Positions 19,293-29,355 are shown, counted from the first letter of the stretch. The stretch is 64,000 bases of DNA from an uncultured Christensenella sp. (GCA_949293905.1 CASFFG010000003.1:13494-77493), one strand, 5' to 3'. The notes: a model not told the origin generated them from the sequence alone. Made by a program: numbers and translations.

Positions 19293-21059
19293 CTATTTAG
19301 TTAGTGAAATATATTCGTCTAACTGCTTTTTAACGAAATCAAACGCCATGTCATAGGTCGAATTTTTGCTTAAATCAATTCCAATTTCTTTTAGCTTTTC
19401 AACCGGGTTTTTATTTGTTCCGTTCTTTAAAAATTCGATATATTTACCACTAAAACTCTTGTCATCTAAAACTTTGTTTGCGATAATAATTGCACAGATT
19501 AGCCCAGTTGAGTATGAATACACATAATATGGGCGATAGAAGTGTGGAATTCTTGACCACTCGAACGCTAAGTTTTTCGGTAAAACTATTTTATTCCCGT
19601 AATATTTCTTGTTTAACTCATAATATTTTTTGTTTAGTTCTTCGTATGTGATAGGGACATCATTTTCGACACAATTATGCGCGTAGAGTTCAAATTCACT
19701 GAATAGCGTTTGCCTAAAAATTGTCGAGCGAACTTGTTCTAAAAACTCTAAAATTAATGCTTTCTTTTGCTTTTTATCACAGTGCCTTTGCATATATTGA
19801 TTTAATAGAATCTCGTTCACTGTGCTAGCGATTTCCGCTGCAAAGATTGTTATATCGGCCTTTTCATATGGTTGTAACGTAGTAAAATACTCTGCATTGA
19901 CACAGTGACCCATCTCATGAATTAAAGTGGACATAGAATTGTAGTCATCTGTATAGTTCATTAAAATCAGTGTTTTAGCCCCATAGCAGTGAGAGCAGTA
20001 TGCCCCTGATGCTTTGTTTTTGTTCGGTAAATAATCGATAGATTTATCGTTTAATTTGCGATGGACAATTCCAACATATTCGCCACCTAAATTACTTAGT
20101 GCGGTTAAAATTGTAGATTTAGCGTTATCGAGTGTAATTTTTCCACCCAACTTTTCGCGTTCAAATAAGTCAAAATAGGCGAACTTATCATTTTTGCTAG
20201 CACGCTTTCTTGCAATGACATACTGGTGAAGGAGTGGAATAAAACGATTTACATTCTCTAAATTTTTTTCAAAAATTACTTTTGGAATATCATCGTCAGT
20301 CGTCTCTGCATCTAGAACAGAGTCATAATTCTTTAATTTAGCAAAATCGTTATCGTGTTCTATGCTAGAAATATATAATTCAGCAAGAGTCTTATTAAAT
20401 TTTGAGTATCCGTTCATTATAGAGTTGAAAGCATTTTCGCGTAATGTTCTATCATGGCTAGAGACATATTTTGAGTAAACTGAGTCATTGATTTCATATG
20501 ATTTACCCTTTGAGTCAACCGCATTTTCAAACGGGATTTCACTGTCTGAAAGTATGTCAAACACACTTGACGAAGAATTAAACGATTTATTTAATTTTGC
20601 AATAACCGCAGTTGTCGATTCGTCCAATCTGTGTGGCTTTAAGCGGATAAAATCGCGGATAACATTATCCATATCTTTTGCTCGCTTATCTTTAAGTAGA
20701 CTAGTTAGATATTCGTTAGATAAAGCAAAGATTTGCGGAGTAACAAACGAACTAGCGCGCGTAAGTTTTGAGTATGCGTTGGATAGCCTAGAAGATAGTT
20801 TTAACATTTTCACATTCGAATTATCTGTAGATAAAGTGTTTTGAATATAAAAAGCGAGTTTTCCAATTTCTATTGAATATTCTCTATCCATTTTATAAAA
20901 TTCAAAAAATTTATTTTTTTCACCTAGTTTTCCGTTAAATTTTACTACTTTTTTAGTATATTCATCAATTTTTTTAAAAACTTCTTCTATTTCATCATCT
21001 GTTTTAAATAGTTCAATATCCCATTTGTAATTGTCCGGTATTTGATTTCTTGTTTTCAT
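19293..21059 (-). CDS. pepF: Oligoendopeptidase F (M3B metallopeptidase)
   Basis: 588 aa, with the HEMGH zinc motif (LIHEMGHCVN) at the usual position. Confidence 0.9.
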   Translation of the reverse strand: MKTRNQIPDNYKWDIELFKTDDEIEEVFKKIDEYTKKVVKFNGKLGEKNKFFEFYKMDREYSIEIGKLAFYIQNTLSTDNSNVKMLKLSSRLSNAYSKLTRASSFVTPQIFALSNEYLTSLLKDKRAKDMDNVIRDFIRLKPHRLDESTTAVIAKLNKSFNSSSSVFDILSDSEIPFENAVDSKGKSYEINDSVYSKYVSSHDRTLRENAFNSIMNGYSKFNKTLAELYISSIEHDNDFAKLKNYDSVLDAETTDDDIPKVIFEKNLENVNRFIPLLHQYVIARKRASKNDKFAYFDLFEREKLGGKITLDNAKSTILTALSNLGGEYVGIVHRKLNDKSIDYLPNKNKASGAYCSHCYGAKTLILMNYTDDYNSMSTLIHEMGHCVNAEYFTTLQPYEKADITIFAAEIASTVNEILLNQYMQRHCDKKQKKALILEFLEQVRSTIFRQTLFSEFELYAHNCVENDVPITYEELNKKYYELNKKYYGNKIVLPKNLAFEWSRIPHFYRPYYVYSYSTGLICAIIIANKVLDDKSFSGKYIEFLKNGTNKNPVEKLKEIGIDLSKNSTYDMAFDFVKKQLDEYISLTK

Positions 21060-21077
21060 ATTTCCCCCTACAATTCT

Positions 21078-21106
21078 AGTTTATTAATAGTTAATTTTAA
21101 AGTCAA
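21078..21106 (-). promoter_or_regulatory. Sigma-A promoter of pepF
   Basis: Read on the minus strand: TTGACT, 17 nt spacer, TAAACT. An AGGGGGA SD follows. Confidence 0.55.
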
Positions 21107-21148
21107 GTTTTACAAGTTAAATATAATTAAAAAATAACAAAAAAGGTG

Positions 21149-21177
21149 TTGAAAAACTAGAATTTTTTTGCTATAAT
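21149..21177 (+). promoter_or_regulatory. Sigma-A promoter of uvrA
   Basis: TTGAAA (21149-21154), 17 nt spacer, TATAAT (21172-21177). Confidence 0.65.
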
Positions 21178-21222
21178 ATTATTTGTTAAAATTTTGGAAA
21201 ACATAACAGAAGAGAAGGAAAA

Positions 21223-24057
21223 ATGTTAGAAAATATTGTAATTAAAGGTGCTAAGGAAAATAATTTAAAAAATATCGATTTGACTATTCCTAAGAATAAG
21301 TTAGTCGTTTTTTGCGGAGTTAGTGGTTGCGGGAAATCGACTCTTGCGTTTGACACGATTTTTGCGGAAGGACAAAGGCGTTATATGGAGAGTCTATCCA
21401 GTTATGCTCGCCAGTTCTTAGGTCAAATGAATAAGCCAGATGTGGAGAGTATAGATGGGCTTAGCCCAGCCATTTCTATTGAGCAGAAAAGTACAAACAA
21501 TAATCCGCGTTCTACTGTCGGCACAATAACCGAAATCTACGATTATTTGCGCCTACTTTTTGCACGCATAGGAAAGCCATACTGCCCAAAATGCGGGAAA
21601 CCAATTAGTGTACAAACGCTAGACCAAATTGTTGATAAAGTTATTAACGAAACCGAGATTGGTGCAAGACTACTTATCATGGCACCGATTATAAGAGACC
21701 AGAAAGGTACGCATGAAAAGACGCTTGATGCATTAAAGAAGGACGGATATGCGCGTGTTATGGTGGACGGAGAAGTATATTCGCTAGATGACTCTATAGT
21801 CCTTGAAAAGAATAAACGCCATAATCTCTATGTAATAATTGACCGTATGGTAATGAAAGACGGAATTATGTCCAGACTTAGCGAATCTATCGACCAGTGC
21901 TTACATCTTGCTGACGGAATTGTAATAATAAATACGAACGGAGAAAACAAACTTTATAGTGTTAAGTATAGTTGTGTAGATTGCGGAATTTCTATCCCTG
22001 ATATTGAACCGAACCTTTTTAGTTTTAATAATCATGCGGGAGCATGTCCAAAATGTGGTGGGTTAGGATATGTCGTAAAGATAGGGGAGAGTGCTATAGT
22101 AAAAAATGATAGACTATCTATAAACGAAGGTGCGCTCGCAGTTATGGGATTCAATATTGATGCGACGGGAATGACTAAGCGTGCACTTATGAAATTAAGC
22201 AAAAAATATGGATTTTCACTAGATACTCCATATTACAAAATACCGATTGAAGGGCGCCGTGCACTAATTAATGGTGAAAGCGGAGATGCTAGTTTAATTG
22301 CACCAAATCTTCACCAATATTGCACAAATAGTGATGCGCTCTTTATGGGGCTAGTTCCTGACCTTTTAAGAAGATTTCAAGAAAGTCAAAGTGAGTATAT
22401 TAAGGAAGAAATCTATAAACTTATGAGCGAAGATACCTGCCCAGAATGTCTTGGGAAGAGACTTAATCCAAGTGCTCTGTCTATAAAGATTGAAGGGAAG
22501 AATATCGCAGAACTATGTGAGTTATCGATTAGTAAATTGTACGCATTTATAACAGATTTGAAATTAACAAAGACCGAACAACTGATTGCTGAAAGTATAC
22601 TTAAAGAGATAACTTCTCGCTTATCCTTCCTTATCAATGTTGGATTAACATATTTAGACCTATCGCGTAGGGCGGGAACACTTTCGGGCGGAGAATCCCA
22701 ACGAATTAGATTAGCGACCCAGATAGGAAGTGGACTTAGTGGAGTACTCTATATCCTTGATGAGCCAAGTATTGGACTTCATCAGCGCGATAACGACAAA
22801 TTAATAGATACGCTTAAAAACTTGCGTGATTTAGGAAACACTTTAATAGTTGTAGAGCATGACGAAGATACTATACGCCAAGCCGATTATCTGGTAGATA
22901 TAGGACCAAGGGCAGGCGTGCATGGCGGAGAAATAGTCGCACAAGGGAGCGTGGAAGATTTAATGGCGTGCCCAAATTCTATAACAGGGAAATTTTTATC
23001 AGGCGAAGAAAAAATAGAAGTTCCAACTACTCGTAGAGAGATTAAAAAGAGATATATACGCCTGCTTGATTGTCGCGAGCATAATATTAATGATATTGAT
23101 GTCGCTATTCCGCGCGGAGTTCTAACTTGCGTTACTGGGGTGAGTGGTAGCGGAAAATCTACGCTAGTGAACGACATCTTCTACCGCGCGTTGTTTAATA
23201 AACTCAACCGTAAAGATAAGGATAATAATATCGGCGAAATTTTAGGGATTGAAGATATAGATAAGGTAATTCAAATCGACCAAACTCCTATTGGTCGTAC
23301 TCCACGAAGCAACCCTGCAACATATTCGGGCGTATTCACTAAAATTCGCGAGTTGTTCGCAAGTACGCCTAGTGCAAAAGAAAAGGGATTTGATGCAGGA
23401 AAATTCAGTTTTAATGTTTCGGGCGGACGATGCGAAGCCTGTGCAGGTGATGGCGTAAAGCGACTTAGAATGTATTTTATGGCAGATGTATTTGTTCCGT
23501 GTGAAGTGTGTGGCGGAAGACGATACACGCGCGAAATTTTAGATGTAAAATATAAGGGTAAATCGATTTATGATGTTCTAGAGATGACGATAGATGAAGC
23601 ATACGAATTCTTTGATGCGGTACCACAAATTAAACGAATATTAGCGACCCTAGTTGATGTAGGTCTAGGATATGTGAAATTAGGTCAAAGTGCGACGACC
23701 CTTTCGGGTGGTGAAGCGCAGAGATTAAAACTTGCTACTGAACTCACTAGAAGGGATACTGGGAATACTGTGTATATTCTTGACGAACCAAGCACTGGAC
23801 TTCACCCATACGATGTAAAAAAACTCCTTGCAATATTGCAAAGACTTGTCGGCAAAGGTAATACTGTCGTGGTAATTGAGCATAATCTGGATATTATAAA
23901 GACGGCTGATTATATTATAGATATGGGTCCGGAAGGGGGAGATGGTGGCGGTAAAGTAGTAGCCACAGGAACTCCAGAAGAAGTCTGCAAGGTAAAGAAA
24001 AGTTATACCGGCATGTACTTAAAGAAAATCCTAGAGAAAAATAAAAAATGTAATTAA
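21223..24057 (+). CDS. uvrA: Excinuclease ABC subunit A
   Basis: 944 aa. Two ABC modules (GVSGCGKSTLA and GVSGSGKSTL; LSGGESQR and LSGGEAQR) plus Cys4 zinc fingers. Confidence 0.97.
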   Translation: MLENIVIKGAKENNLKNIDLTIPKNKLVVFCGVSGCGKSTLAFDTIFAEGQRRYMESLSSYARQFLGQMNKPDVESIDGLSPAISIEQKSTNNNPRSTVGTITEIYDYLRLLFARIGKPYCPKCGKPISVQTLDQIVDKVINETEIGARLLIMAPIIRDQKGTHEKTLDALKKDGYARVMVDGEVYSLDDSIVLEKNKRHNLYVIIDRMVMKDGIMSRLSESIDQCLHLADGIVIINTNGENKLYSVKYSCVDCGISIPDIEPNLFSFNNHAGACPKCGGLGYVVKIGESAIVKNDRLSINEGALAVMGFNIDATGMTKRALMKLSKKYGFSLDTPYYKIPIEGRRALINGESGDASLIAPNLHQYCTNSDALFMGLVPDLLRRFQESQSEYIKEEIYKLMSEDTCPECLGKRLNPSALSIKIEGKNIAELCELSISKLYAFITDLKLTKTEQLIAESILKEITSRLSFLINVGLTYLDLSRRAGTLSGGESQRIRLATQIGSGLSGVLYILDEPSIGLHQRDNDKLIDTLKNLRDLGNTLIVVEHDEDTIRQADYLVDIGPRAGVHGGEIVAQGSVEDLMACPNSITGKFLSGEEKIEVPTTRREIKKRYIRLLDCREHNINDIDVAIPRGVLTCVTGVSGSGKSTLVNDIFYRALFNKLNRKDKDNNIGEILGIEDIDKVIQIDQTPIGRTPRSNPATYSGVFTKIRELFASTPSAKEKGFDAGKFSFNVSGGRCEACAGDGVKRLRMYFMADVFVPCEVCGGRRYTREILDVKYKGKSIYDVLEMTIDEAYEFFDAVPQIKRILATLVDVGLGYVKLGQSATTLSGGEAQRLKLATELTRRDTGNTVYILDEPSTGLHPYDVKKLLAILQRLVGKGNTVVVIEHNLDIIKTADYIIDMGPEGGDGGGKVVATGTPEEVCKVKKSYTGMYLKKILEKNKKCN
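23977..24041 (+). repeat. Direct repeat copy 1 (the functional uvrA 3' end)
   Basis: This 65 nt stretch, gaagaagtctgcaagg...ctagagaaaaa, recurs at 25948-26012 with one C/T mismatch. Confidence 0.9.
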
Positions 24058-24079
24058 TATAAAAAATTAAAATAAAAAA

Positions 24080-24128
24080 ACACAAAATTTGATGGTCTTA
24101 GCAATTTTATCTCATTTTGTGTTTTTTA
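24080..24128. terminator. Hairpin plus T-run between uvrA and the convergent orphan gene
   Basis: acacaaaat (24080-24088) pairs with attttgtgt (24114-24122). The loop is large (25 nt). Flanked by an A-run and a T-run. Confidence 0.5.
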
Positions 24129-24179
24129 CTTTAAGTTAGATGATAGTTTTTATATTAAAGTGATATTTCTTACATTAAT

Positions 24180-25793
24180 TTAAATTGAGTCGTAGGCGAT
24201 TGAAGTCTTTTCTGCAAGTTGTGAAATGTCTTGCAATACTAAATCTGCCGAATTTTTGTCCATGCCATATAGTATTGGAAGTAAATTATTAGTGCTGTAA
24301 GGTAGCATTTTAATACTATTTGATTCAGCATCTTTTAGGTAAAGAATATCATCATTGTTTATTTCGGGCGCTTTAAGGTATTTTATTCTATCTCCTTGTA
24401 ACTTTTTAACATCGTCGGCTTTTAGGACTTCTACTCCCTGCTTTTTGTAAAGTTTTTTAATAGATTCAATAATCTTATTTAGTTTGTTTTCGCTTGTCTT
24501 TTCTGTTTTGGGATAGGACTTTGGCTCTTGATTTTTTATGATGGATTCATTTATTGGCTCAACTGGTTCGGTGCGGTTGTTCTCGGTTTCATATTTTTTT
24601 AGTGTCTTTACTAAGGCATGATTTAGATCAAATCCAAAATTATTGTAATCGATATAATTTTTATATTTTAAGAAGAAATTTGCTATAATTTGATTATTTT
24701 GACTAGATAGGTTCATGTTAAGTAAATTTTTAGTTAAAGTATCTAAATTAGAACTAACAAATTTGGCATTTTCTATACTTTGCGTGTTTTTAGTAATTAC
24801 GACATATTGTAGCGCTATTTGGAAATTATAACCGAATAGATGCATATTGGAAAAAACATCTAAATTGTTCCTTAAAGTTAAATCAAAATTTTGTATTAAT
24901 ATATTTAAATTTTCCGTATTTCCCAAGATTAGTGAAAACGCTTGATTAAAGTTTACTTGATTTTGGAGGTCAAATTTAATAAATTGCCACAATAACAGAA
25001 CATTGTAGATTGAAGATAAATCAGTATTTTTTGGAAGAACTATGGAATTGATATTCTCTATTGAATTTGCGTTTACAGTAGTGCTTTTAAGCGCAGTTTT
25101 TCTCGTCGCTAGATTCTTGGCTAAAGACTTAAATAAATCTTCAGTTCGAGTATCTGCGTTCTTAACAGTATTCTCCAAATTGCTCCACAATGTGTTATCT
25201 GCCGTTGAGATAATAAGACTCCCTGTCAAAAGTTCTCTTATCATTTCCTCTAATTCAGTAGAATTTATATCTTCTTCCTTTGCTGGTTCATTTTTTGTAG
25301 TTTGATTTTCTTTTATGCTAGCATTGTAATAATCTTTTATTAAATTAGATACATCTAGACACATTTTTTTAAACTTCTTTGCTGTGTCTACGCAAAATTT
25401 TGATGCAGATGAAACCGCTTTAGGCGTGTTCGTTTTTAACCAATCAATGCCGTTATCTATGTGAGAGCGGAGAAAATCTCTAAATTTTCCAATATTTTTT
25501 GAGACATTCGATTTTTCATCAATAGGGCGGGTGGCGTGTTGAATGAACTCCCAACCATCATCCAATAGATTTATCGTCTCGTCATTGCATTTCGAAATCC
25601 CTTCCGCTAAATCTTTCAAAGTATTCTCAGGAATAGTTAAACTTTTTTCGCTGTGAATGGTGGCGACTTCTCCAACATTAGGAACGATAAGTGCTTTGTT
25701 GACTGAATTTAAGCGTTCATAGACCGAATGACCCAGTTTTGAGAAAAAATCTGCTATATTTTTAAAACTAGATTGCACATAATTTCTATTCAT
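24180..25793 (-). CDS. Hypothetical 537 aa Asn/Lys-rich protein without signal peptide or TM
   Basis: Long ORF with a GGAGGC SD and its own promoter. No motif I recognise. It lies inside the interval bracketed by the duplicated uvrA 3' end. Confidence 0.65.
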   Translation of the reverse strand: MNRNYVQSSFKNIADFFSKLGHSVYERLNSVNKALIVPNVGEVATIHSEKSLTIPENTLKDLAEGISKCNDETINLLDDGWEFIQHATRPIDEKSNVSKNIGKFRDFLRSHIDNGIDWLKTNTPKAVSSASKFCVDTAKKFKKMCLDVSNLIKDYYNASIKENQTTKNEPAKEEDINSTELEEMIRELLTGSLIISTADNTLWSNLENTVKNADTRTEDLFKSLAKNLATRKTALKSTTVNANSIENINSIVLPKNTDLSSIYNVLLLWQFIKFDLQNQVNFNQAFSLILGNTENLNILIQNFDLTLRNNLDVFSNMHLFGYNFQIALQYVVITKNTQSIENAKFVSSNLDTLTKNLLNMNLSSQNNQIIANFFLKYKNYIDYNNFGFDLNHALVKTLKKYETENNRTEPVEPINESIIKNQEPKSYPKTEKTSENKLNKIIESIKKLYKKQGVEVLKADDVKKLQGDRIKYLKAPEINNDDILYLKDAESNSIKMLPYSTNNLLPILYGMDKNSADLVLQDISQLAEKTSIAYDSI

Positions 25794-25823
25794 GTTGCCT
25801 CCATGATTATTTTAATTTTAGTA

Positions 25824-25852
25824 AGCATAGCACATTTTGAGTAATTTGTCAA
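25824..25852 (-). promoter_or_regulatory. Sigma-A promoter of the 537 aa orphan gene
   Basis: Read on the minus strand: TTGACA (25852-25847), 17 nt spacer, TGc-TATGCT (-10 hexamer at 25829-25824). Confidence 0.6.
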
Positions 25853-25947
25853 GTTATGCAGAGTTAGTGAAAGCATACCAATTAAGATATTTAAACTTGT
25901 AGTTCAATACAAAATTATCTTTTTAAAAGTATTACATAGAAATTATG

Positions 25948-26012
25948 GAAGAAGTCTGCAAGGTAAAGAAAAGTTATACCGGCATGTATTTAAAGAAAAT
26001 CCTAGAGAAAAA
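25948..26012 (+). repeat. Direct repeat copy 2 (orphaned uvrA 3' end fragment)
   Basis: 64 of 65 nt identical to 23977-24041. In frame it encodes EEVCKVKKSYTGMYLKKILEK, the UvrA C-terminus. It is preceded by a fortuitous ATG (25945) and ends at TAA 26014-26016. Confidence 0.9.
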
Positions 26013-26087
26013 ATAAAATTAAACATAAATAATCTTCTTAAAAAATTGTTTATAAAAAATAATAAATTTTTAAAAATTGTAAAAAAA

Positions 26088-26121
26088 ATACGAAAAATTG
26101 TATAAATTTCGTATTTTTTTG
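26088..26121. terminator. Bidirectional terminator
   Basis: atacgaaa (26088-26095) pairs with tttcgtat (26107-26114). An A-run lies upstream and a T-run downstream. Confidence 0.6.
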
Positions 26122-26159
26122 TATTTTTTATTAATTTTTAATTATTTTTATTTTGTTTA

Positions 26160-26546
26160 TTAAAGTAAATTTAAAAAATTAATTCCGGTTGTTTGATTTA
26201 ATCCTATTAAATTGTAGTTTAGTAGGCGGGAGTAGGTGATAGCGTCATCTTGACTTTCGTTTATAATAGACGCGCAAAGATATTGTAAATAGTCGCTAAT
26301 GATTTGCAAATCTTTTCTAGATATTGATATACAAATAATATCCATTTTTTCCGTCCAGTAATCGTTCAACTTATTAATTCGAGTAGAAAGATTTTCGTCC
26401 GTTATTTCGGTTGAGAGTAGAGTGGTATAAATCGCACTACTTTCGCTTTCCATATGGTCAAACACTTTTTGTGTATGTATTCCGTCCCATATGCAAAGTC
26501 CAGTCACGGCTAAAAAAAGGATAATTAGAGATACATAATTTTTCAT
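26160..26546 (-). CDS. Small N-terminally anchored protein (DUF4363-like, assigned from remembered pairing with DUF421 genes)
   Basis: 128 aa with N-terminal TM YVSLIILFLAVTGLCIW. Overlaps the upstream DUF421-type gene by 4 nt (ATGA). Confidence 0.5.
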   Translation of the reverse strand: MKNYVSLIILFLAVTGLCIWDGIHTQKVFDHMESESSAIYTTLLSTEITDENLSTRINKLNDYWTEKMDIICISISRKDLQIISDYLQYLCASIINESQDDAITYSRLLNYNLIGLNQTTGINFLNLL

Positions 26547-27256
26547 AATTTTATCTCCGTTTTAATGTTGTCGATTACTTTGTATTGCGAATTCTTTTGT
26601 TGAAAATATACTTTCCCGCGCTCGTCCATTGATAGTATTAAAATATCCTTAATATTTGCATTAAGTTTATCTAAAATTTTCGTTAATTTTTTGTTATCTA
26701 ATTTTACTGCTTTAAGTTCATCTTTTATGATTTTTCCGTCGCTTATCAGTACATGTGGGAGTTCAGCGGGTGGGTTTGATTTACCTAAATCGCCCGCAGT
26801 CGCTGGAGCATTTTCACTAGTAGGAATAATACTTATTTTTCCGTTTGTTTCCACTATTGCATAGAGTACTTGGTCGAAACTATAATAGTTGCATTGGCGC
26901 ATACTCTCTAATAGGTCATCAATATTCATATTCAAGTCTTTAAGTGCTTTATATTCAATTCCTTTTGGGCTAACGACAACTACGGGTTGTCCGCTCATAA
27001 ATCTTCTAATTTTAATACTTTTTCTGGTAAGTAGTGTGATGACATAGTGAATTAAGACAAGAATTGCGAGTGGAAGAATACCGTTTAAAAGCGGGATATT
27101 TGTATCACTCATTGGAAGGGTTGCAAGGTCGGCAATTATAAGAGTAATAACAACTTCGTATGGTTGCATTTCTCCAATTTGACGCTTTCCCATAAGTCGC
27201 AAAAATATTAGTACTGCGACATAAATAATTAATACTCGTAAAAATACTACAAACAT
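26543..27256 (-). CDS. DUF421 / YetF-family membrane protein
   Basis: 237 aa. The N-terminal LRLMGKRQIGEMQPYEVVITLIIADLA pattern, followed by further TM segments and a soluble C-domain, matches the YetF family as I remember it. Confidence 0.7.
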   Translation of the reverse strand: MFVVFLRVLIIYVAVLIFLRLMGKRQIGEMQPYEVVITLIIADLATLPMSDTNIPLLNGILPLAILVLIHYVITLLTRKSIKIRRFMSGQPVVVVSPKGIEYKALKDLNMNIDDLLESMRQCNYYSFDQVLYAIVETNGKISIIPTSENAPATAGDLGKSNPPAELPHVLISDGKIIKDELKAVKLDNKKLTKILDKLNANIKDILILSMDERGKVYFQQKNSQYKVIDNIKTEIKL

Positions 27257-27420
27257 ATCTAAATTATGCTCTAAGTACTTTATTTTTATACGATAGATAA
27301 ATAAATTTATTATTTAATAAATATAAAAAATTAATAAAAATTCAAAAAATATTAATTTTAATTAAAAATATTATTAAAAATTACCTAATTTCTATTAATT
27401 TTTAAAATTTTAACACATAA

Positions 27421-28935
27421 CTATAAATTTTTATTTAATTTCTTTTTTCGTATGATATTAAATAATAATTTTAACTCAAATACCTTAAACAAAGAAGTAA
27501 GAACGACGAAGCATACTATACTAATACCACCACCAATGACGCATGAGAAGAAATTAGTGAATATTAGTTTGCAAATATTTGAAATGAACATTCCAAGTAG
27601 TGTAGACGGAATTATTATTAGTAAATATTTTGCGAGTAGACTAAAAATCTTTAAATTAAGGCTAGGAATTGTCTTTTTGATTTTTCGCATATTAAGTAAA
27701 GTGATAGTAGTCATAGACAGGAAGAAGGAAACGCTAATTGAATTGATTTTTATTAGTGGTGTGAGAATAATAAGCCCAGCGAAAAGAACAAGCGAACCTA
27801 AAATGTAATTAATAAAAGATTTCACTTCCAAGTTCAGCGCATTTAAAATGCTCCCCGTTAGATTGCATAGAGTGATAGGTAGAATACAGATTGCGGATAG
27901 TTGTAGCATCACGCCCGACATTAAATTGTCATACAACACAACGCCAATCAAATCTCCAACAGAGATATAAAGCGGTACAAAAATTAGACTCAAATAAATC
28001 GCCACATTTATCGATTGCTCAATATTAGATTTTATTTGTTCGTTTTCGCCACGCGTCATCATAGCGGTGATAGACGGAATTAATACCATACTAATACTGC
28101 CTATAAAAGTCATAGGAACAAACAGCATTGGAAATGTCATTCCCATAACTACGCCAAAACTTGCAATCGCTTCGCTTGTTGTGTATCCGCTAACGATGAG
28201 CATTGCTGGAATAATCATTGTAGTAAGTGGTTGTACAAACGAATTTGCTAGCCTAACTCCAGTAATAGGGACGGACGATTTAAAGATATTTTTATATTCT
28301 CCGCGTGCAAAGTTGAGTTTTCCGCGTCTAAAGTAAACGATAATAGTAATAATTGCTGAGAGTAGGCATGTGAGATTAAAAGCAATCGCCGAATATTTTG
28401 TTGCGACGAAGAAATCAACCACATTATTTATCATGAAGAAAGTTAGAGCAAAACGCAGAATTTGCTCGATAAGTTCGGTTAGACCGCAGTTAAAATAATC
28501 ATTTTGACCCCAAAGCACCCCGCGGAAAACAGCATAGACGGCACTGAAAATAACGGACGGAATTAATATAATTAAAATTTCCACTGCGCGCGAGTCACTC
28601 AAAACTATATTCCATACATTCCTTAAAAGCAGTATAATTAATGACGATGCAACCGCCACCGCCATTGCGATGATAAGTGCAGTTGATACAACTTTATCCC
28701 TGCGCTTTAAGTCTGCGTTTACTTCGTATTTTGAGACTAGTTTTGCGGTTGTTAGTGGAATTCCGCTAGACACCAATGTCATAAATATCCCAAGCACAGA
28801 AGTCGCCATTTGAAAAAGTCCAATTCCAACTGCACCCAACTTTCTGGTCAAAAATATTCTAAAAAAGAACCCTAATACTCTAGTTATTATCGAAAATATA
28901 GTGATTATTGCCACTGCTTTAAATAATTTTTTCAT
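27421..28935 (-). CDS. MOP-superfamily flippase (SpoVB / MurJ / polysaccharide-biosynthesis type)
   Basis: 504 aa, about 14 TM segments. N-terminus ITRVLGFFFRIFLTRKLGAVGIGLFQMA is typical of this family. Confidence 0.8.
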   Translation of the reverse strand: MKKLFKAVAIITIFSIITRVLGFFFRIFLTRKLGAVGIGLFQMATSVLGIFMTLVSSGIPLTTAKLVSKYEVNADLKRRDKVVSTALIIAMAVAVASSLIILLLRNVWNIVLSDSRAVEILIILIPSVIFSAVYAVFRGVLWGQNDYFNCGLTELIEQILRFALTFFMINNVVDFFVATKYSAIAFNLTCLLSAIITIIVYFRRGKLNFARGEYKNIFKSSVPITGVRLANSFVQPLTTMIIPAMLIVSGYTTSEAIASFGVVMGMTFPMLFVPMTFIGSISMVLIPSITAMMTRGENEQIKSNIEQSINVAIYLSLIFVPLYISVGDLIGVVLYDNLMSGVMLQLSAICILPITLCNLTGSILNALNLEVKSFINYILGSLVLFAGLIILTPLIKINSISVSFFLSMTTITLLNMRKIKKTIPSLNLKIFSLLAKYLLIIIPSTLLGMFISNICKLIFTNFFSCVIGGGISIVCFVVLTSLFKVFELKLLFNIIRKKKLNKNL

Positions 28936-29025
28936 ACTTGTCCTATCGCTTTAATATATTAAAAAAGGTAAAAATATATGATTTAAGCCATTCAACAATC
29001 AAAAATTTATTGAATATATACTGGT

Positions 29026-29337
29026 ATGAAACTAAAATTATCAAAAAATTTCTATTATAGGGTTCAAGACGGGGACGACGTAACGAAGTTGTGTACTCGT
29101 TTTAATACTACGAAAGAAAATATCTTGCGAAACAATTATGATATTCCGCTATATTCGGGCGAAATTCTTAAAATAAAGACGAACGATCATCTTATTCATT
29201 TTGTAAAACCGACTGAAACCTTGGAAAGTATATCTAAAACATATAATATAACTACCGCAAAATTAATAGAAGATAACAAATTAAAGAACACAAAACTGTA
29301 CATTGGCCAACAAATTAAAATTTATCAAAAGGAATAA
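29026..29337 (+). CDS. Protein with two LysM domains and no signal peptide
   Basis: YYRVQDGDDVTKLCTRFNTTKENILRNN...GEILKI and HFVKPTETLESISKTYNITTAKLIEDNKL...GQQIKI both fit the LysM pattern. No SD precedes the ATG. Confidence 0.8.
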   Translation: MKLKLSKNFYYRVQDGDDVTKLCTRFNTTKENILRNNYDIPLYSGEILKIKTNDHLIHFVKPTETLESISKTYNITTAKLIEDNKLKNTKLYIGQQIKIYQKE

Positions 29338-29355
29338 TGGATATAAACAGTTAAG

